A DNA stretch of 62,414 nucleotides, the filler included, from Choristocarpus tenellus KU-1152 (Eukaryota; Protista; Phaeophyceae), in assembly GCA_964200185.2 (NCBI GenBank). It is 9 parts of 9 records of this genome, joined end to end, with 100 filler letters (N's around TTAATTAATTAA, not from the genome) between each part and the next. Parts side by side here need not be neighbours in the genome. Positions count along the whole stretch, not along the records: positions 12,398 to 26,363 come from CAXNAD020001315.1; positions 26,464 to 33,807 come from CAXNAD020006301.1; 7 more parts are not named here. One strand, 5' to 3'. Made by a program: the position numbers and the translations under genes. Under the pieces are notes generated by a model. The model was not told the DNA's origin and made no database searches. It saw only the letters and a list, made by a program, of their open reading frames with translations. Below are positions 13,323 through 26,615 of the stretch, one piece after another (the first letter of the stretch is position 1; every line of letters starts with the position of its first letter).

Positions 13323-16300
13323 CAATATTGATAGTGGTAAAGTAACTGATAGATTAGTGTTTCTCACATTTGTAACATAATTTACTTCTTTAGGGTTTAT
13401 ACTGACATACGAATTGTTTTCATTGTTTTCCCCCCTGACACATCTCCAAAATGTCAGAGGGCATAGTAATATACATACTATACCTATAGATCCCAGACTT
13501 CTATTTGAGGAAATCTGATTTTGATTACCCAATTCCATGTGACACGCACAGCAGATGGTACACTGTGTACTACCCCGAATTTTGTTAAAAACCACAAGAA
13601 CACTAAACCAAGATCGAGGGGAGATAATCAAGACCGGGGTCCTCCAGCAGAAGAAGATTTGAGGGAGGAGGCAGAGCGATGATTGGTGGAAGTGCCGAAC
13701 CCAACCCGTGATAAGCAAGGCGTGAACGATGGCAATATACAAATCGTTGTTATGCAACAGTGAGTTGCAGTAATAGTAGTTGGGATGAGACCTACTTAGC
13801 AGTTTATAGGGTCTAGTGTGTCTGAACTATCTGACCACAGGTCGGGACAGTTCCCAGACTAAAGCGAAGACAAACAATAATAACGATACTAGTTGCTATT
13901 GCTACACAAGGAGCTGTGGATATTTGATACTTTTAACTAGCACCAGACGCCTTCCCCTCAACCCTCACCCTATCTTCTACCTGTAGTCCAACAATCATTT
14001 ATTGACCATGTGCTGAGAAGATGATTGGTCCAAAATATTGGGTTTTTTGTTGATATTGTCTGACAGAATCCTGGCATGTCTGTGATGTCTTCATTAGGTC
14101 AAAGATACGCACAGATTCCACAGTTACAAATGAATGTACACTTAACTCAATCATACCTTTTTGCACAACAGGTGGGCACAGACCACTACCCAGGTAAAGT
14201 TCCCCTTGTGCCCTTCCTCCTGGCACAGTTGGAGCACTGTAGCTGCTGGCTGGTCAAGTTTCTCTTCCCCTTTACCCCCCAGGCACAAACCAATTAACCC
14301 CTCCCATGAATTTTATCCTGGTGCTGCTTGAGCACTGTGGCTAGTTAGCGGTGGATATTCTCCTCCTCTTTCTTCTCCAGCACAACCTCCACAGGTCTAC
14401 CCAGGCACAAAATTCCCACTGTTTCTTTCCCCTCGGAACTGCTGGACCACGGTGACTACAAACTGGCGGGTCTTCCTCCCCTCTTTCCCCCCAGCACAGC
14501 CTGCCTGCGTTACCCACTCACAGTATTGCGCCCTGCAGTACTGTATCCTGACCATAGAAGTCGGCAGTAGCCTATTATGGCTGTTCCAGGTGAGACACAG
14601 GAGTGTATTAGGAGAACATTGCTCTTCATCATTGCCCCACCATTGTTTGATTTCGTGTATCTCTCGAGATGACTGTATGTCGAAAAAACGTTAAGAAATA
14701 TCTCGCAACGTGAGGTGCTGGGACCAACCACACAAGAACGGGTGGTTGCGGGAGGGATCTACTCGTTCACAATACTATAGGGACATGACCGGTCGAGCCA
14801 AATTTTTAATCTCATACCTGGGAGGTTTGGGTAGGGTACAACTCATGGGATTTCAGTATATAGTTCTTCAATGTTAGTTTTACAGGAAAGCACATGCTTC
14901 GTCCCACTTCATAGCTCAATTCCTGTTCCTAATGGTGTTACTATTTGGTCGGTAATGTATTTTGAGGGAGGGTACATACCTCCTTTTAGGGAAGTGTTTT
15001 GCGTACTCAGTTTCCACAATCTGTCCATCACAAGCCTAATTGTAGTGCCAAGCAAGGAAGCACCGTTGTGAAAGGTACCCCCCACAACCTAGTCTATGTT
15101 ACCTTTTAAACAAAGAGCTGTGGGAAGTTGTCAGCAATAATCAGGTATTTTGTGAAGCATTTTTCCAATATTTGACCTTTGATTGGTGGCAATCCGTCAA
15201 CCACAGCCTTACTTGTCACTGTGCCAAAACGAGGATAGGAATGCTGCTGCTGGTGCCACCTGTTGACTGTATCGATGGCGTGTTTTTGGGCAGGTTCAAG
15301 TCAGACAAATCTCCAAATGTAGCTCGTAACAATCAAGTAGGCGTCATCAAGCATTAACCCACGATACTCAGCGCTCTGGGAGTGCATATTCAATGTGAGA
15401 GGTTCATCAGGTGAACTGTGTGACCTAAATGGAGTGCTAACGTCCTGAGGTCAATTTTTTCACACTCTTGATTGTGTAACAAATTGGTCGTGTGTAATTG
15501 TGTTCTATGCTTTATTCTTTATTATGCGAACCACAAAATATCAGTTTTTTGGCTAACTAAGTGTTAGTTTCAGCATACTTCACACAATAGAGAAGAGTTA
15601 TCTAGCAGCTGCTTGGTCCTGCCTTTTATCTCATATTGTGCTCCAATGGTGTTGATAAATGTTGGCTGCCTGCCAAAAAACACACACCAGTACTTTGCTG
15701 AAGACTGACATTTGTGTTGTTTCGACAAATCTGTTAACACACTCTACACTGCCTTACAGATTTTCAGTCAACTTTTTTTTGTTCGTTGAGGACGGCAGTC
15801 AGTGAAATAATTTGCTGCTCTGCACCGTGTGCAACCCTTGCTCCAGCCAGGTACACGTTTCTTCAGCCAATTGTATCTATCTAAGGAAAATAATAGATAC
15901 AGGAATAACGCAAAGAATGATTCAGTACAACAATATGCAGACCAGGTATCAATATCAGTTAGGAATCGTAGTATTATTACCCTGTTCGACTACATATAGG
16001 CGGAGGGTTTGACAGGTCGGTGTGACAATGCAAGGTAAATTGTTGAAGTGAAGGAGTATGGTAAGCACATCCCACAAGCAGTTTCTTCAAAGGCCCTCCT
16101 TCCAGTCAACTTAGTTGTAAACCTGCTTACATCCCTGGATGGGTATCATCTATGGTATGGAGCGCAGTGAAACAAGACTAGTGGCCGGGTGGCATACTTG
16201 TCCTCAGCCTATACCAGTCGCCAGAGGCATCGTATTGACCAAAAATCTCTATACAAGATCTTTAAAAAATTGCCATAGACCTTTGAGGTCTTTTGTGTAT

Positions 16301-16999
16301 TTGGACAAGGATCATAAAAACATTCCATCAAAATACAACAGTTTGACTCACTACAGCCCCCCGGCATCTATCTGTAGTATAACAGAATTGCAAGGAGGGA
16401 CCAACTAGTCACTTCTCCCCTCAAAGAAGAAAAATTGTCACGAAAACAAAACTATCTCATCACTGGTTGCACTCTCTAATGGAATGGCACTGCCAGTGAC
16501 ACCATAGAGCATCAGGGAGCCTGATTCACTTCCTACTGTTGCACACATTGATGGTTACAAATTTTGCCCTTTCTATAAAATGAGATTAAAATGAAGGAAC
16601 CAAGTGAACACAGCTAAGCTGACCCTGGGTTTTGGACATTCACCAAATTCGCATATACCAAGTTCGTTGTACTTCTAGGATCACTTACAGCAACAGCTTA
16701 TCTTATTTCCACTTCCAAGTTTCAATACCAAAGGAGTGAATGTGTTAACAATCTGTTGGTTACAACTAGCTGCACCACTTTGTATGTGATCATTAGATGA
16801 CCATGAACCACTACAACACAGCTATGTTCAAGTGCGTACCTTATCAACCAGTCCATGTTCTTCGTGACGGCTAACTGGGCTCAAGCACAACAGCTTTGCA
16901 GCAGCAGCAGCCACACTTATCATGTGAAGACTATGTGAGAGTGCCCTCAGCAATCATGATCATGCACCACCAGTAAGCTGATGGTATGCTCAGCTGGTG

Positions 17000-17330
17000 C
17001 ACTTGAAAGCACCCATAATCATGACGAGAGCGATGGGCTGCGCTCATTACCCTGTCAGCTCCTGTATTCAACTGTCGCCCTACAATCATGCAAGAGTCAA
17101 AAGGGCCCATCCTATCTTTGCTGTCGTAAACCTGGGATCTGCTCCAGTATCAAGAAGTACGGGTATACTGCACATCCCTGCTAATCAAGACCACTAGTTG
17201 CTCACAATCTTCGCCCCTGCCTCCATCAACAACCTCGCCCCAAGAACAATTCCCACTAACATGGTGTCCCACCCAAGAACCATTGCAATACGATCAACTC
17301 TGACGATCTTGTTGACTGGCATTTCTCCAG
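17000..17330 (-). pseudogene. Degenerate ankyrin-repeat fragment
   Basis: Minus-strand translation RLLMEAGAKIVSN*...VLLDTGADPRFTTAKIGWALLTLA* resembles ankyrin helix-2/GAD motifs and contains stops. Confidence 0.4.
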
Positions 17331-17358
17331 TACAACTTCCACATACGGGTTCAGGAAA

Positions 17359-17654
17359 GAGTCAAAGTATCTAGAAGGGCACAGCCACGTCCATTTGGGG
17401 GTCAAAATCCAATGTTGCAGTTTGGATGTAATTTTGGCTATCGTGTTTGTTTGGAGATGTCGATGTCCTTGTTTTGGACACAAACCACATAACACTCGAA
17501 TAAATATTTATAACTAGTACCTTTTCATAACATACGCACTTTACCTATTCCGAAACATTTTGGAGCAGGTAAAATATCACCAAAAAAACGTGGGAAGCCA
17601 AGCCCCAAATGGACAAACAAGTAAAAACTCGTACCCTCTAAGATACTTTCACTC
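17359..17654 (+). mobile_element. MITE family A copy with a ~37-bp internal insertion
   Basis: TIRs GAGTCAAAGTATCTAGAAGGG ... TACCCTCTAAGATACTTTCACTC, flanked by AAA/AAA. Confidence 0.85.
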
Positions 17655-18945
17655 AAATAGTACCATCGATCCCAAGCCAGTCAGCTACATCATAGCATCC
17701 CTTGACCACAATTACGATACACAAACGGCAAGTAGCAGAGGTGACAACCGAGAAGTTCCACAGTGGGAAGTGAAGTGCGAACTATTTTGCACAGATGAGA
17801 TGTGGCAATTTTTTGGGGGGAACCTTGGAACACGTACAGACTCAGATCTGCTGATTGACAGTCCAATGTGCCTTGCCTAGCAGATTTGCTCTATCGAGGG
17901 TTTTCTTCTGCAGGGAGTCCAACACTTGAAGTCTTGCACATATACCTGAAGAAAAAAAAAAAAAATGTGGGAAAGAACAGGGCAGGCGCGATTGCCTCAC
18001 ATCCACATAGGCATCATTGTTGAAAGCACACTCCTGGTGAGTATCTAGGGTTATAGGGTTAAGAGCTCAACATTGCTATATTTCCCAAGTCTCGAGAACC
18101 AATGGACAATTTCACATCAGTGCAGTAAGGCACGTTGCCTTAAGGCTCTTTCCTCCCTTGTGCTATTAACATAAAGCTTTGCCACAAAGCAATAAGAGAA
18201 TACTGATCACCTACTGTTCGGAAAGAAATAATACAATTTCCTACCTGTTCTGGAGATGCAAAACAATACCACGGTGTAAATACTTCACATATATGGTGAT
18301 GAAGTCAAGCTTTGGCAATTCCAGCACAGACACAAGCAAGCACAAGAGTTAGGACCACAGAGGAACACAATAAAAATAACATAAAACATTAAACCATGGA
18401 AATTAGATTGATGAGTTGCAAGAATGTCGAGGAAAGGTCTCTCCTGAATGCAGACTACATTACCACCTCCCAGACTTCCACAACCACCTGGCAACAACAA
18501 CAGTTCCTCTGGGTTTGTGACCACTCCTTGCAATCATTGTCAATAGGTAAAGGAATTTGAATAAACAAAGACTCGCACTGTACATGGTGTTCTGGCTTCA
18601 GCATTGTTGAACCATGTTAAGGCAACAAATAACAAAGCGTTACGATTGGAGTCCCTGTTCAATAGAAGCTAGTTTCTCGAAATTAACGTGTTGGTGTGTT
18701 CTTCTCATCCACAAGCTGGTCTCAATGTTTCAAACAAGGCGCGCTTTTTAATTTCATGTAAGAACTGCACACTATTGTGCACATCCCAGAACATTACAGA
18801 GGAATACAAGGGATCGATCCCTAGATGACAAATTTGTAAGAACGTACTTGAAAACATAGATCAATACCAAAATGCTATGTTCCTGCTTTCCTATCAAGTC
18901 CCAGTCCCTGTGTGTGTTGTACAAACAATACATTGCAGGGCACAC

Positions 18946-21372
18946 TCACCTGAACATCTCCCTCAACGTTTTACTGTGCATTATATTGTGGCTAAGCACC
19001 AACGGAAGCTTGGGAACTGCAGTGGTCACTGCGCTGGCAAACTCCTGCCGTTCTGGGCAAACAATGGTGGCACATGAGACGGGCCACCGCCAGGAGCCAG
19101 CGTGCCACGCCTGGGCCCCAGATAGCAAAACTTGAATCTTCTTTCGTGTCACTGTGATTCTTGCCGAGTCTTTCCCCTTGGGATCAGAAACCTGATCGTG
19201 TTTAACAACTTGAGACCCCTTCTCTCCACCCTGACCTGCTACAACAGGTACCTCCTGACCATCTGAATTTGCTGGAATAGCGGCATCAGAATCTGCAGGG
19301 AAGGCTGGGGTTCGGTTGCACGTGAGCTGAGGATTTGCTCCGGCCCACAACAACTCTTTCACAATCTCTTTGTGACTTCCCTCAACAGCATGATGAAGGG
19401 GAGTCAAGCCACTGCTATCTGCCAATTCGGTCTCAGCTCCAAATTTCAGCAACTCTCTTACAACACCAACATGGCCATTAGCACAAGCGTAGCAAATGGG
19501 GATCGGTTGTCCTTTCGCTTCCACTCCTCCATCGTCAACCTTGACCTCCAATGATCCCTGCACACTGTCTGAAGACCCCACATCAGCAGTAAAGGGCAGT
19601 GGTTCCTCTTCACCTTTCACATTTTCATTGTTGCCAGGTGTCAAGGTTTCCAAATTTGAGCCCACTTCCATGGCAGGAGAGGCAACTCCCAAGGCCATGG
19701 ATTTATCTCCTTTTACAGGACCATTGCAGTCTGCCCCAGCCCTAAGCAGTTCTTGCACCACTTCAGCATATCCACACCGGCATGCTGTAAGCAGGGGCGT
19801 TGAGCCATCCTTTTCGACAGTATCATAGTTTGCCCCAGCATTCAGTAGCTCCCTCACCACTTTCGCATTTCCAGCACGCACTGCCAAACTGAGAGGGGTT
19901 CTGCAAGCTGCTGTCACCAGACTGTGATCGGCTCCAGCCTCCAGCAAGAATTTGACCATGGCCACGCTCGCTGTCATTGAGGCTGCATGAAGAGGGGTAT
20001 CATCGCTGTACCCTCTTGACTCAATATTAGCCCCAGCCTTCAGTAGTTCCTTTGCTGTTTCTACATTCCCTGAATCTGCAGCAATAAGAAGTGGGGTCGA
20101 ACCCTGTGGTGCTGCAACTTCAATGTCACCCCCCGCTTCAAGTATCACACTTATCAGTTCGGTCGGCCCAGCGTAAGCAGCTAAGTGAAGGATTGTAAAT
20201 CCATTTGCCGTCACTGCTGGGTCTGCTCCAGCCTGGAGAAGGTTTCGAACTACATTGACCTTACCTGCGCAAGTTGCAAGAAAAATTGGGGTTTGACCGT
20301 CATGTATAGTTGCCCCAAGATCAGCACCTGCCTCCATCAGCACCTGAACTATTTCCACATGTCCCTGCTGAGCAGCATAATGAAGGGGAGTGAAGCCTTC
20401 AAAGGATACCTGTTGATGATCCGCGCCAGCCTTAACCAGTTCACGCACAAAATCCAAGTATCCTTCCCGCGAGGCTATAATGAGGGGAGTCAACCCATTG
20501 TCGGTCAGTTTCCCAGGGTGAGCACCAGCAGCAAGCAGTTCCCGTGCAGCATCTGTGAAACCATTGCGGCTAGCCAAATGAAGAGGAGTATTGCCATCAT
20601 CTGACACCGTATTAGGGTCAACCCCAGCCCCAAGCAGCAACCTCACTACACCTAAATGCCCCCCTCGTGCACCAATGTGAAGTGGGTTATGACCACCAAA
20701 ACATTTTGCTGATGGATCGGCTGATGCGGTCAATAATTCCCTTATCACATCCCCGTGCCCTCCCCAGGCGGCAATATACATGGGCGAGATACCGGGAACT
20801 GGTGTAGATCCAGGATCAACTCCAGCTCTAAGAAATGCTTTCACGGCATTCAAATGTCCACCACAAGCTGCTGCAATAAGTGGACTGAAACCACCGTGAG
20901 CAACCACTGTGGAATCCGCCCCAGCCTTCAACAGCTCCTCAACTACATCTGAATGTCCGTTGCGGCCAGCAACATGAAGAGGAGTGGCGCCATCATCTGC
21001 TCTTATTTCTAGATTGGCGCCAGCTTTTAACAGCTCCCGCACCACCTCAACATGGCCAGACGTTGAAGCCGCGAGCAAGGGATTAAAGCCATTTTTCACC
21101 TTCTTCTCGGGATCTGCCCCCGCAGCAAGTAGATTCCTTACTAGCTCCAACATCCCATGGAGGCAGGCAAGATAAAGGACGGCAACACCACTCGCGGTAT
21201 TTATTTCCTCGTTAGGGGTCACATGCCCCTCTTTCCCCATTCTTTGTCTGGATCGGTCCTTCATAGACAGAGGATGGTTGACCAGAAGTAGCAAGGTCTT
21301 GGAGGGCGAGAGCACCTGATTTCTAGCAATGCAGGACAGACAATCTTGCGTTAGAAGCCTGAGGCGTTCCAT
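18946..21372 (-). CDS. Ankyrin repeat protein (~17 repeats) in one 2.4-kb uninterrupted ORF; true start and end may be spliced
   Basis: 15 consecutive ~33-aa TPLHxAxxxG...LLxAGAD repeats, a spacer, two more repeats and a C-terminal HAGSWRWP motif. The ORF ends at AG|GTGAG, which could be a donor site. Confidence 0.92.
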   Translation of the reverse strand: MERLRLLTQDCLSCIARNQVLSPSKTLLLLVNHPLSMKDRSRQRMGKEGHVTPNEEINTASGVAVLYLACLHGMLELVRNLLAAGADPEKKVKNGFNPLLAASTSGHVEVVRELLKAGANLEIRADDGATPLHVAGRNGHSDVVEELLKAGADSTVVAHGGFSPLIAAACGGHLNAVKAFLRAGVDPGSTPVPGISPMYIAAWGGHGDVIRELLTASADPSAKCFGGHNPLHIGARGGHLGVVRLLLGAGVDPNTVSDDGNTPLHLASRNGFTDAARELLAAGAHPGKLTDNGLTPLIIASREGYLDFVRELVKAGADHQQVSFEGFTPLHYAAQQGHVEIVQVLMEAGADLGATIHDGQTPIFLATCAGKVNVVRNLLQAGADPAVTANGFTILHLAAYAGPTELISVILEAGGDIEVAAPQGSTPLLIAADSGNVETAKELLKAGANIESRGYSDDTPLHAASMTASVAMVKFLLEAGADHSLVTAACRTPLSLAVRAGNAKVVRELLNAGANYDTVEKDGSTPLLTACRCGYAEVVQELLRAGADCNGPVKGDKSMALGVASPAMEVGSNLETLTPGNNENVKGEEEPLPFTADVGSSDSVQGSLEVKVDDGGVEAKGQPIPICYACANGHVGVVRELLKFGAETELADSSGLTPLHHAVEGSHKEIVKELLWAGANPQLTCNRTPAFPADSDAAIPANSDGQEVPVVAGQGGEKGSQVVKHDQVSDPKGKDSARITVTRKKIQVLLSGAQAWHAGSWRWPVSCATIVCPERQEFASAVTTAVPKLPLVLSHNIMHSKTLREMFR

Positions 21373-23218
21373 ATATTATACCCGTTAGAGATGTCGTGGT
21401 AGCGAAGCATACCAAATAAATTTGGGGGATAGTGAGTTAGGTACACACTTGAAGTGACACTGAGAAGGCAGCACCATAAGGAATGGATGGTTCATCCTTC
21501 AACCACCATTGGTCAGATTCATTATGCACCTCTAAAGGGTTGCAATTACAAGAGAATGAAATCGAGGAGTCAGTCCCAGAACACCGGGATGGCTGGTGCA
21601 TCTGTACATCTATCGCAAATGTAAGCGGATGGACTGAGAAGGGTCACGAGAGAGCGGGCGCTCTACGAGGCAATGGCACGGATGCGGGAGGGATAGTAGA
21701 GTAGCAGGGGGATACTCTAGGGGACGGGGGATGGAATAAAAGGTCTAGGATTGGGGACGTCGGGCGAAGGGAATGCGCCAGACCTCTAAATCGTGGACTT
21801 CGCTCGTGTCTCATCTTGGAGGATAGACACACTACCACCACGTTGGATTTACCGTCCCTTCTTTCACCGTATCGAAGGGAGGAAGGTGGCATCCCCTTTG
21901 TGGCGTCTTAGAAAGAGGTTTGGGGTAGGGTGGGGGCGTCGGGACTTTTCACAACTATTATCAGGAAACGTATTGTGACATGAGAGAGGTACAGAATCAA
22001 TGTGGGAGTGGCGTATGGAGTTGAAGTGCAATAACTGAGATTATGAACCCTTCCTCACCAGTGTCCTTGTTGCAGGAGAAAGTACAGGTAGGAGGCTTTG
22101 GGTTGTCAGGTGTACGATCACAATGTCCAGTACAAGTCCATTCTGCCTTCGGTATTTCAGACCTTGTGACCTAACAAAATCAGTTCTTACTACTTACTTT
22201 GACATTACTATTAATAATAATAATAGTGTTTGCGCACTTCAATATTTTGGTAATACAGTATTGTAATGACGGCTACGAGGTATCTCACATACAGGGAAAC
22301 AAGCAACAAGCAATATACAAGACAGAAGATACAACGCGACAATAACAGAATCTGTATTGTTGGTTGCAGTTAAAAGGTTTCCTAACAGTGATCGTTCATG
22401 CACGGATATAAGCACCAAGACAAGGTCGTGAGGGGATGGGGCTATGATGGATGAAGATTATGTAATGCCCACAGAAAGGATGGTGGGGACAGCACGTTTG
22501 GAAGGGTGGGGAATGGTAGCGTCTCTTCGGGTGATTTCTATCTAGTGATGGTCTATCAGTCTTCTTTTCTGCGCGAGAGGCACTCAGAAATTTCCCACAA
22601 TAACCAAGGGGGGATGTCGTCCAGGACCATGCTCCAGGCGTATTCAGGAACAAAAAAATAACTAACGATGGTGGGAGGAACCAAGAAGGTAATTTAAGGT
22701 TAGTTGGGTAGGCACTGCAGGATGGCGATGGTTTGTGGGGTTTAGGAATCATATTTCCAGCTCAAATACATGAGGTTTCGGCAACGTTGGATTATCTTAA
22801 GCGGGAACAGAAGAACTTGTTGGCGCCAACATCGACTTCTACATGGGACGTGAACCCTTGCCCTCATCAACAACCTCATCCATTGTCACAGACAATTACC
22901 CCATCCGCCTCTCCCAAGTCGACGAACCCACCCTACCTTTCCCCTGTTCACTCCCCCTCCATCTGGACTGTGGCTCTAGGGTCTACCCACCTTTCCCGTT
23001 TCCAATACACCACCCCATGCCCCACACAACGCCCAGACTCCTCCTTCCTCGTTCTATGATGCACTTGAGCTTTCATTCGGACCCTAGGCACTCAGTCAAT
23101 CCATTCGCACCCAATCGGTTTGGGGCTCTGTATGTCGGACGGGGGAAGGAATAGTGGGAAAGGGAGGTAGAGGCCAGAGATGCAAAGGGGGGGGGAAAGG
23201 GTAAGGATGGGATGGGCG

Positions 23219-23350
23219 GGAAGCCAGGCCCCAAATGAACAAACAGGGCAAAACTCGTACCCTCGAAGATACTTTCACTCTATCCTTGTTGCGGACACAC
23301 CTTTTCATAACACTTACAATTTACCTACTCCGAAATATTTTGGAGTAAGG
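23219..23350 (+). mobile_element. Rearranged partial MITE family A
   Basis: The 3' TIR segment (...GATACTTTCACTC, ends 23280) is directly followed by an internal segment (TATCCTTGTT...GGAGTAAGG). Confidence 0.7.
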
Positions 23351-24082
23351 TGCCTTGCGTGTCCACAACAATAAATCCCAGAGGTGGGTCAATCAATTCC
23401 TCAGGTTGTCAATCCCAGAGTATCTGCTGTACCATTTGTCCGTGGGTGTTTATACAGATCAGGTAGTTTGACTGGATTGTCGCTCCCAACTCGGGATACT
23501 GTGCACTTGATCAACATCTGTCTGCCAGGCTGGTTCCTACAAAATCACACAGCATAACTAGAGGTCCACAGTTCCACTGCGATTATCTATATAGAATGTA
23601 GGATAGCCCTACTGTTCGTGGTGGGCTTCAGAGTGTACTAGTTCTTTCTATTATAACCATTCAGGACGTTTTTAGTGAATAGGATATCCGTTTTGGATGC
23701 TAATTCTATAGGTATTTCCATGAAACACTTATCACTTGACCAAGTGTAACAGGTCGTCAGGTTTGCTAAAAATCTCGACAAGTACATTTTAGGACGACTG
23801 TGACGATGTGTACACTGGATAAAAAAGGGTGATGAAGTAACGGAGGGACACAGATATCAAAATACGTTGTTGCATGTTGTGCTCTTTACATTGTGCCAAC
23901 TACTACTGTATGGAAGGCCCTTGGTAGGGTTGGCATTGTCGGGTTGTTGTCATTGAGATGTTCAACACACGGCCTCCTCTTCACGAGGAATCCGTTGGTG
24001 ACCAAACCCTACTCTGGTATATCTTGTGGGAGGATATAATTTTACCGAGTGTGTATGTCGCCCCATTCTTCTAAATTAAAAT

Positions 24083-26209
24083 ATGTGCTTAAAGTTCTTC
24101 CTGTCGTTGCGTGCCTCTCGCGCGCATCTTGAGCGGTACGCGCGGCAGTTACACGAACCATGTCTCCAACAATTGTTTAAGCGATGGTGGATGTTCACAC
24201 CAATATGGAAAAGTATGGTAGGATCTATTCATAGGCCCTCACATATTTGCCATGAAATAGATCGCACGGTTCGTCGAGAAAAAGCGGGTCAAGGTATTGA
24301 CAGGAGGAAGCGCTCTGGACAACGCCAACCAGTCTTTGGACGATGGATTCCTGGACTCGCCATCGCTGCTCTCTCCGTGTTGGAGTTGACCCTGGCCTAT
24401 GGTGAGCACAAGCTAAGGTCGGAAAAATCAGGGTACGGCGTGTTGTACGTCAAACACAAATCACTCGAGTGAGGAAGGGAATGATGGTAATGCGACGATT
24501 ATCCTGAGTCCCCTGGACAAACGTACCATGAAACTACCTCCTTTCAAATACCATATACGATACACTGCGCCAACAGTGGGACAGAGCCTACGACTCAATG
24601 TCTTCATTCCAAGGCGATAGTCTCCAAATCGTAATCTGTGGGATTAAATCCGCTGGGATCCCGAGGGTCCCAGCTCTACCGTTGTTGTCGGATACGTATC
24701 GATATCACACAAAATATCGCATCTTCGTATCGCTCCGTCCCCCTTACTCTGCCATCCCCTCGTCTCCCCGTTTCGTCTTTGGACAGTGTCAGATCCGTAC
24801 ACTATCGCAGATCGAGACAGGCCCAAGAGGTTCTGGGATACGAAGTTCGAGTTGGTCCCATGTTGTGAAGTGACTGGAGAAATAATAGAACTCACGATGT
24901 TTTTCAAAACGGACGTGAACTTCACAGCGAATGACGCCCTTGTCTTTTCCTTGCCAAGTGAGCCCACTAAGAATTGCAACCTGTACTATATCTATTTTCG
25001 TAGATACGGAGCGCCGAAGAGCAGACTATTTGTAGCAGAAGCATTGTATTGCACCTCCTGCTCCCTTGCTCTAACGCTGAACATTCTCCTAAGAAAGACC
25101 GGCAATGAGATCGCCATATTTGCAGTCAAGTAACACATAATGTAATTAGTAATGCTGAAGCTGGTAAAGTTGTCCCAGGTGTCAAACCAAAAGCCCAAAT
25201 ATCTCCTGCAATTTGCACAAACTATTCATTATTCAGATAATTTCAACCTCGTCTACTTATATCTCGACCCCTTCAGGATACCTCGTTACACCACCTTCAA
25301 GTAGGCAAAGCCAAAGAACTGGGAAGGGGGGCAAAGGGTGTAATCTCTGTTCCCTAGACACGGCCACAAAATGACCACAGCTCCCATCACCGGCTAGAGT
25401 TGTGCGGTAGGCCATTTCAGAAAGCTGATGGCAAGGGTTTCACTATGTTTAAAGCTCTCCCCCCTTCTCCCTTCGTGCTCTCCTGGAAATGCACTCCTTC
25501 CAGGACTGTCAACAGGATCTCCAGATAATGGATACACTGATGGCACAGATATTGCAATGGGCGAGGTTAGAAATTTTCCGGGTGCACTGTGATTCGACTT
25601 GTTGGAACCATAGAAGTCAGTAAGATATTTTGAAGTACTTGTAAGACCATGGTTGATTTCATCTACAAAATTGAAATATTCACAACAGCAACAGCAGATG
25701 TGACGAGAGGGTTATGGCAGTGGAGATTGTGGTTTTTAAAGTCTCTCTATCCCTCAACCTTGAAATTTGAAGATTACCAAGTAGATACAAGGGCAAGGGT
25801 TTGGGGGTATCAGAACAACACTTGGAGGCATCAGAACAACATTTGGAGGTATTTATGCTCTACCTGCACTCACCCATCTACACCCATAACTACGTCCAAA
25901 CTAATAAACACAAACACAGATACAACAGCAGGTGATGTTTTATTATGCAATACAGCAGTTCTTTAGAGTAGATCCAGCGCTAAGAGCACAAAATAGCGGA
26001 GAAATATGGATTGAGGAACTTAATGGCATCAATACAATATATCCTCCATGACAGACACGTCACCTCTTTCCATTTTGCAGGTTCAACTGAGCCCTTCAAT
26101 CTACTGGGAGGGACAGTGGCATGAGGGTTCCTTCGACCCTGTATCGCCCTTTTCCTCCTCCAATCTCACTGTGGTCATGAAGGAAGGCCGAAACCTATCC
26201 CTAGCCCAG
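24083..26209 (+). CDS. Unknown secreted/surface protein, 5' part truncated by contig end (exons start uncertain-24401, 24787-24957, 25504-25565, 26081-26209)
   Basis: Phase-consistent GT-AG introns give hydrophobic WIPGLAIAALSVLELTLAY then VSDPYTIADRDRPKRFWDTKFELVPCC...FSLPRLSTGSPDNGYTDGTDIAMGEVQLSPSIYWEGQWHEGSFDPVSPFSSSNLTVVMK. Start codon uncertain. Confidence 0.7.
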
Positions 26210-26221
26210 GTGTGTTGAACA

Positions 26222-26225
<4 letters not shown>

Positions 26226-26274
<49 letters not shown>
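26226..26274. repeat. (GT)n microsatellite
   Basis: About 24 perfect TG units. Confidence 0.95.
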
Positions 26275-26276
<2 letters not shown>

Positions 26277-26615
26277 ACTTGCACGTGGCCTCTAAGGACA
26301 GGTTCCATTGCTCACTTTCACACACCGCATCCACCCAAATAATTTTGTCATGAAGAGCCGAGANNNNNNNNNNNNNNNNNNNNNNNNNNNNNNNNNNNNN
26401 NNNNNNNTTAATTAATTAANNNNNNNNNNNNNNNNNNNNNNNNNNNNNNNNNNNNNNNNNNNNGGGGGGGGGGGGGGGGGGGGTTGTTTTCTACAGGGCA
26501 TCTACTGTATGGTTCACCTTGATAGGACACAAGCTTTTACTCAGGGGCATCATAGTCTTCAGCAGCCTTTCCTAGTACTACGCTGCATGTTGCATTTATG
26601 TATTGCAAGAATTGG

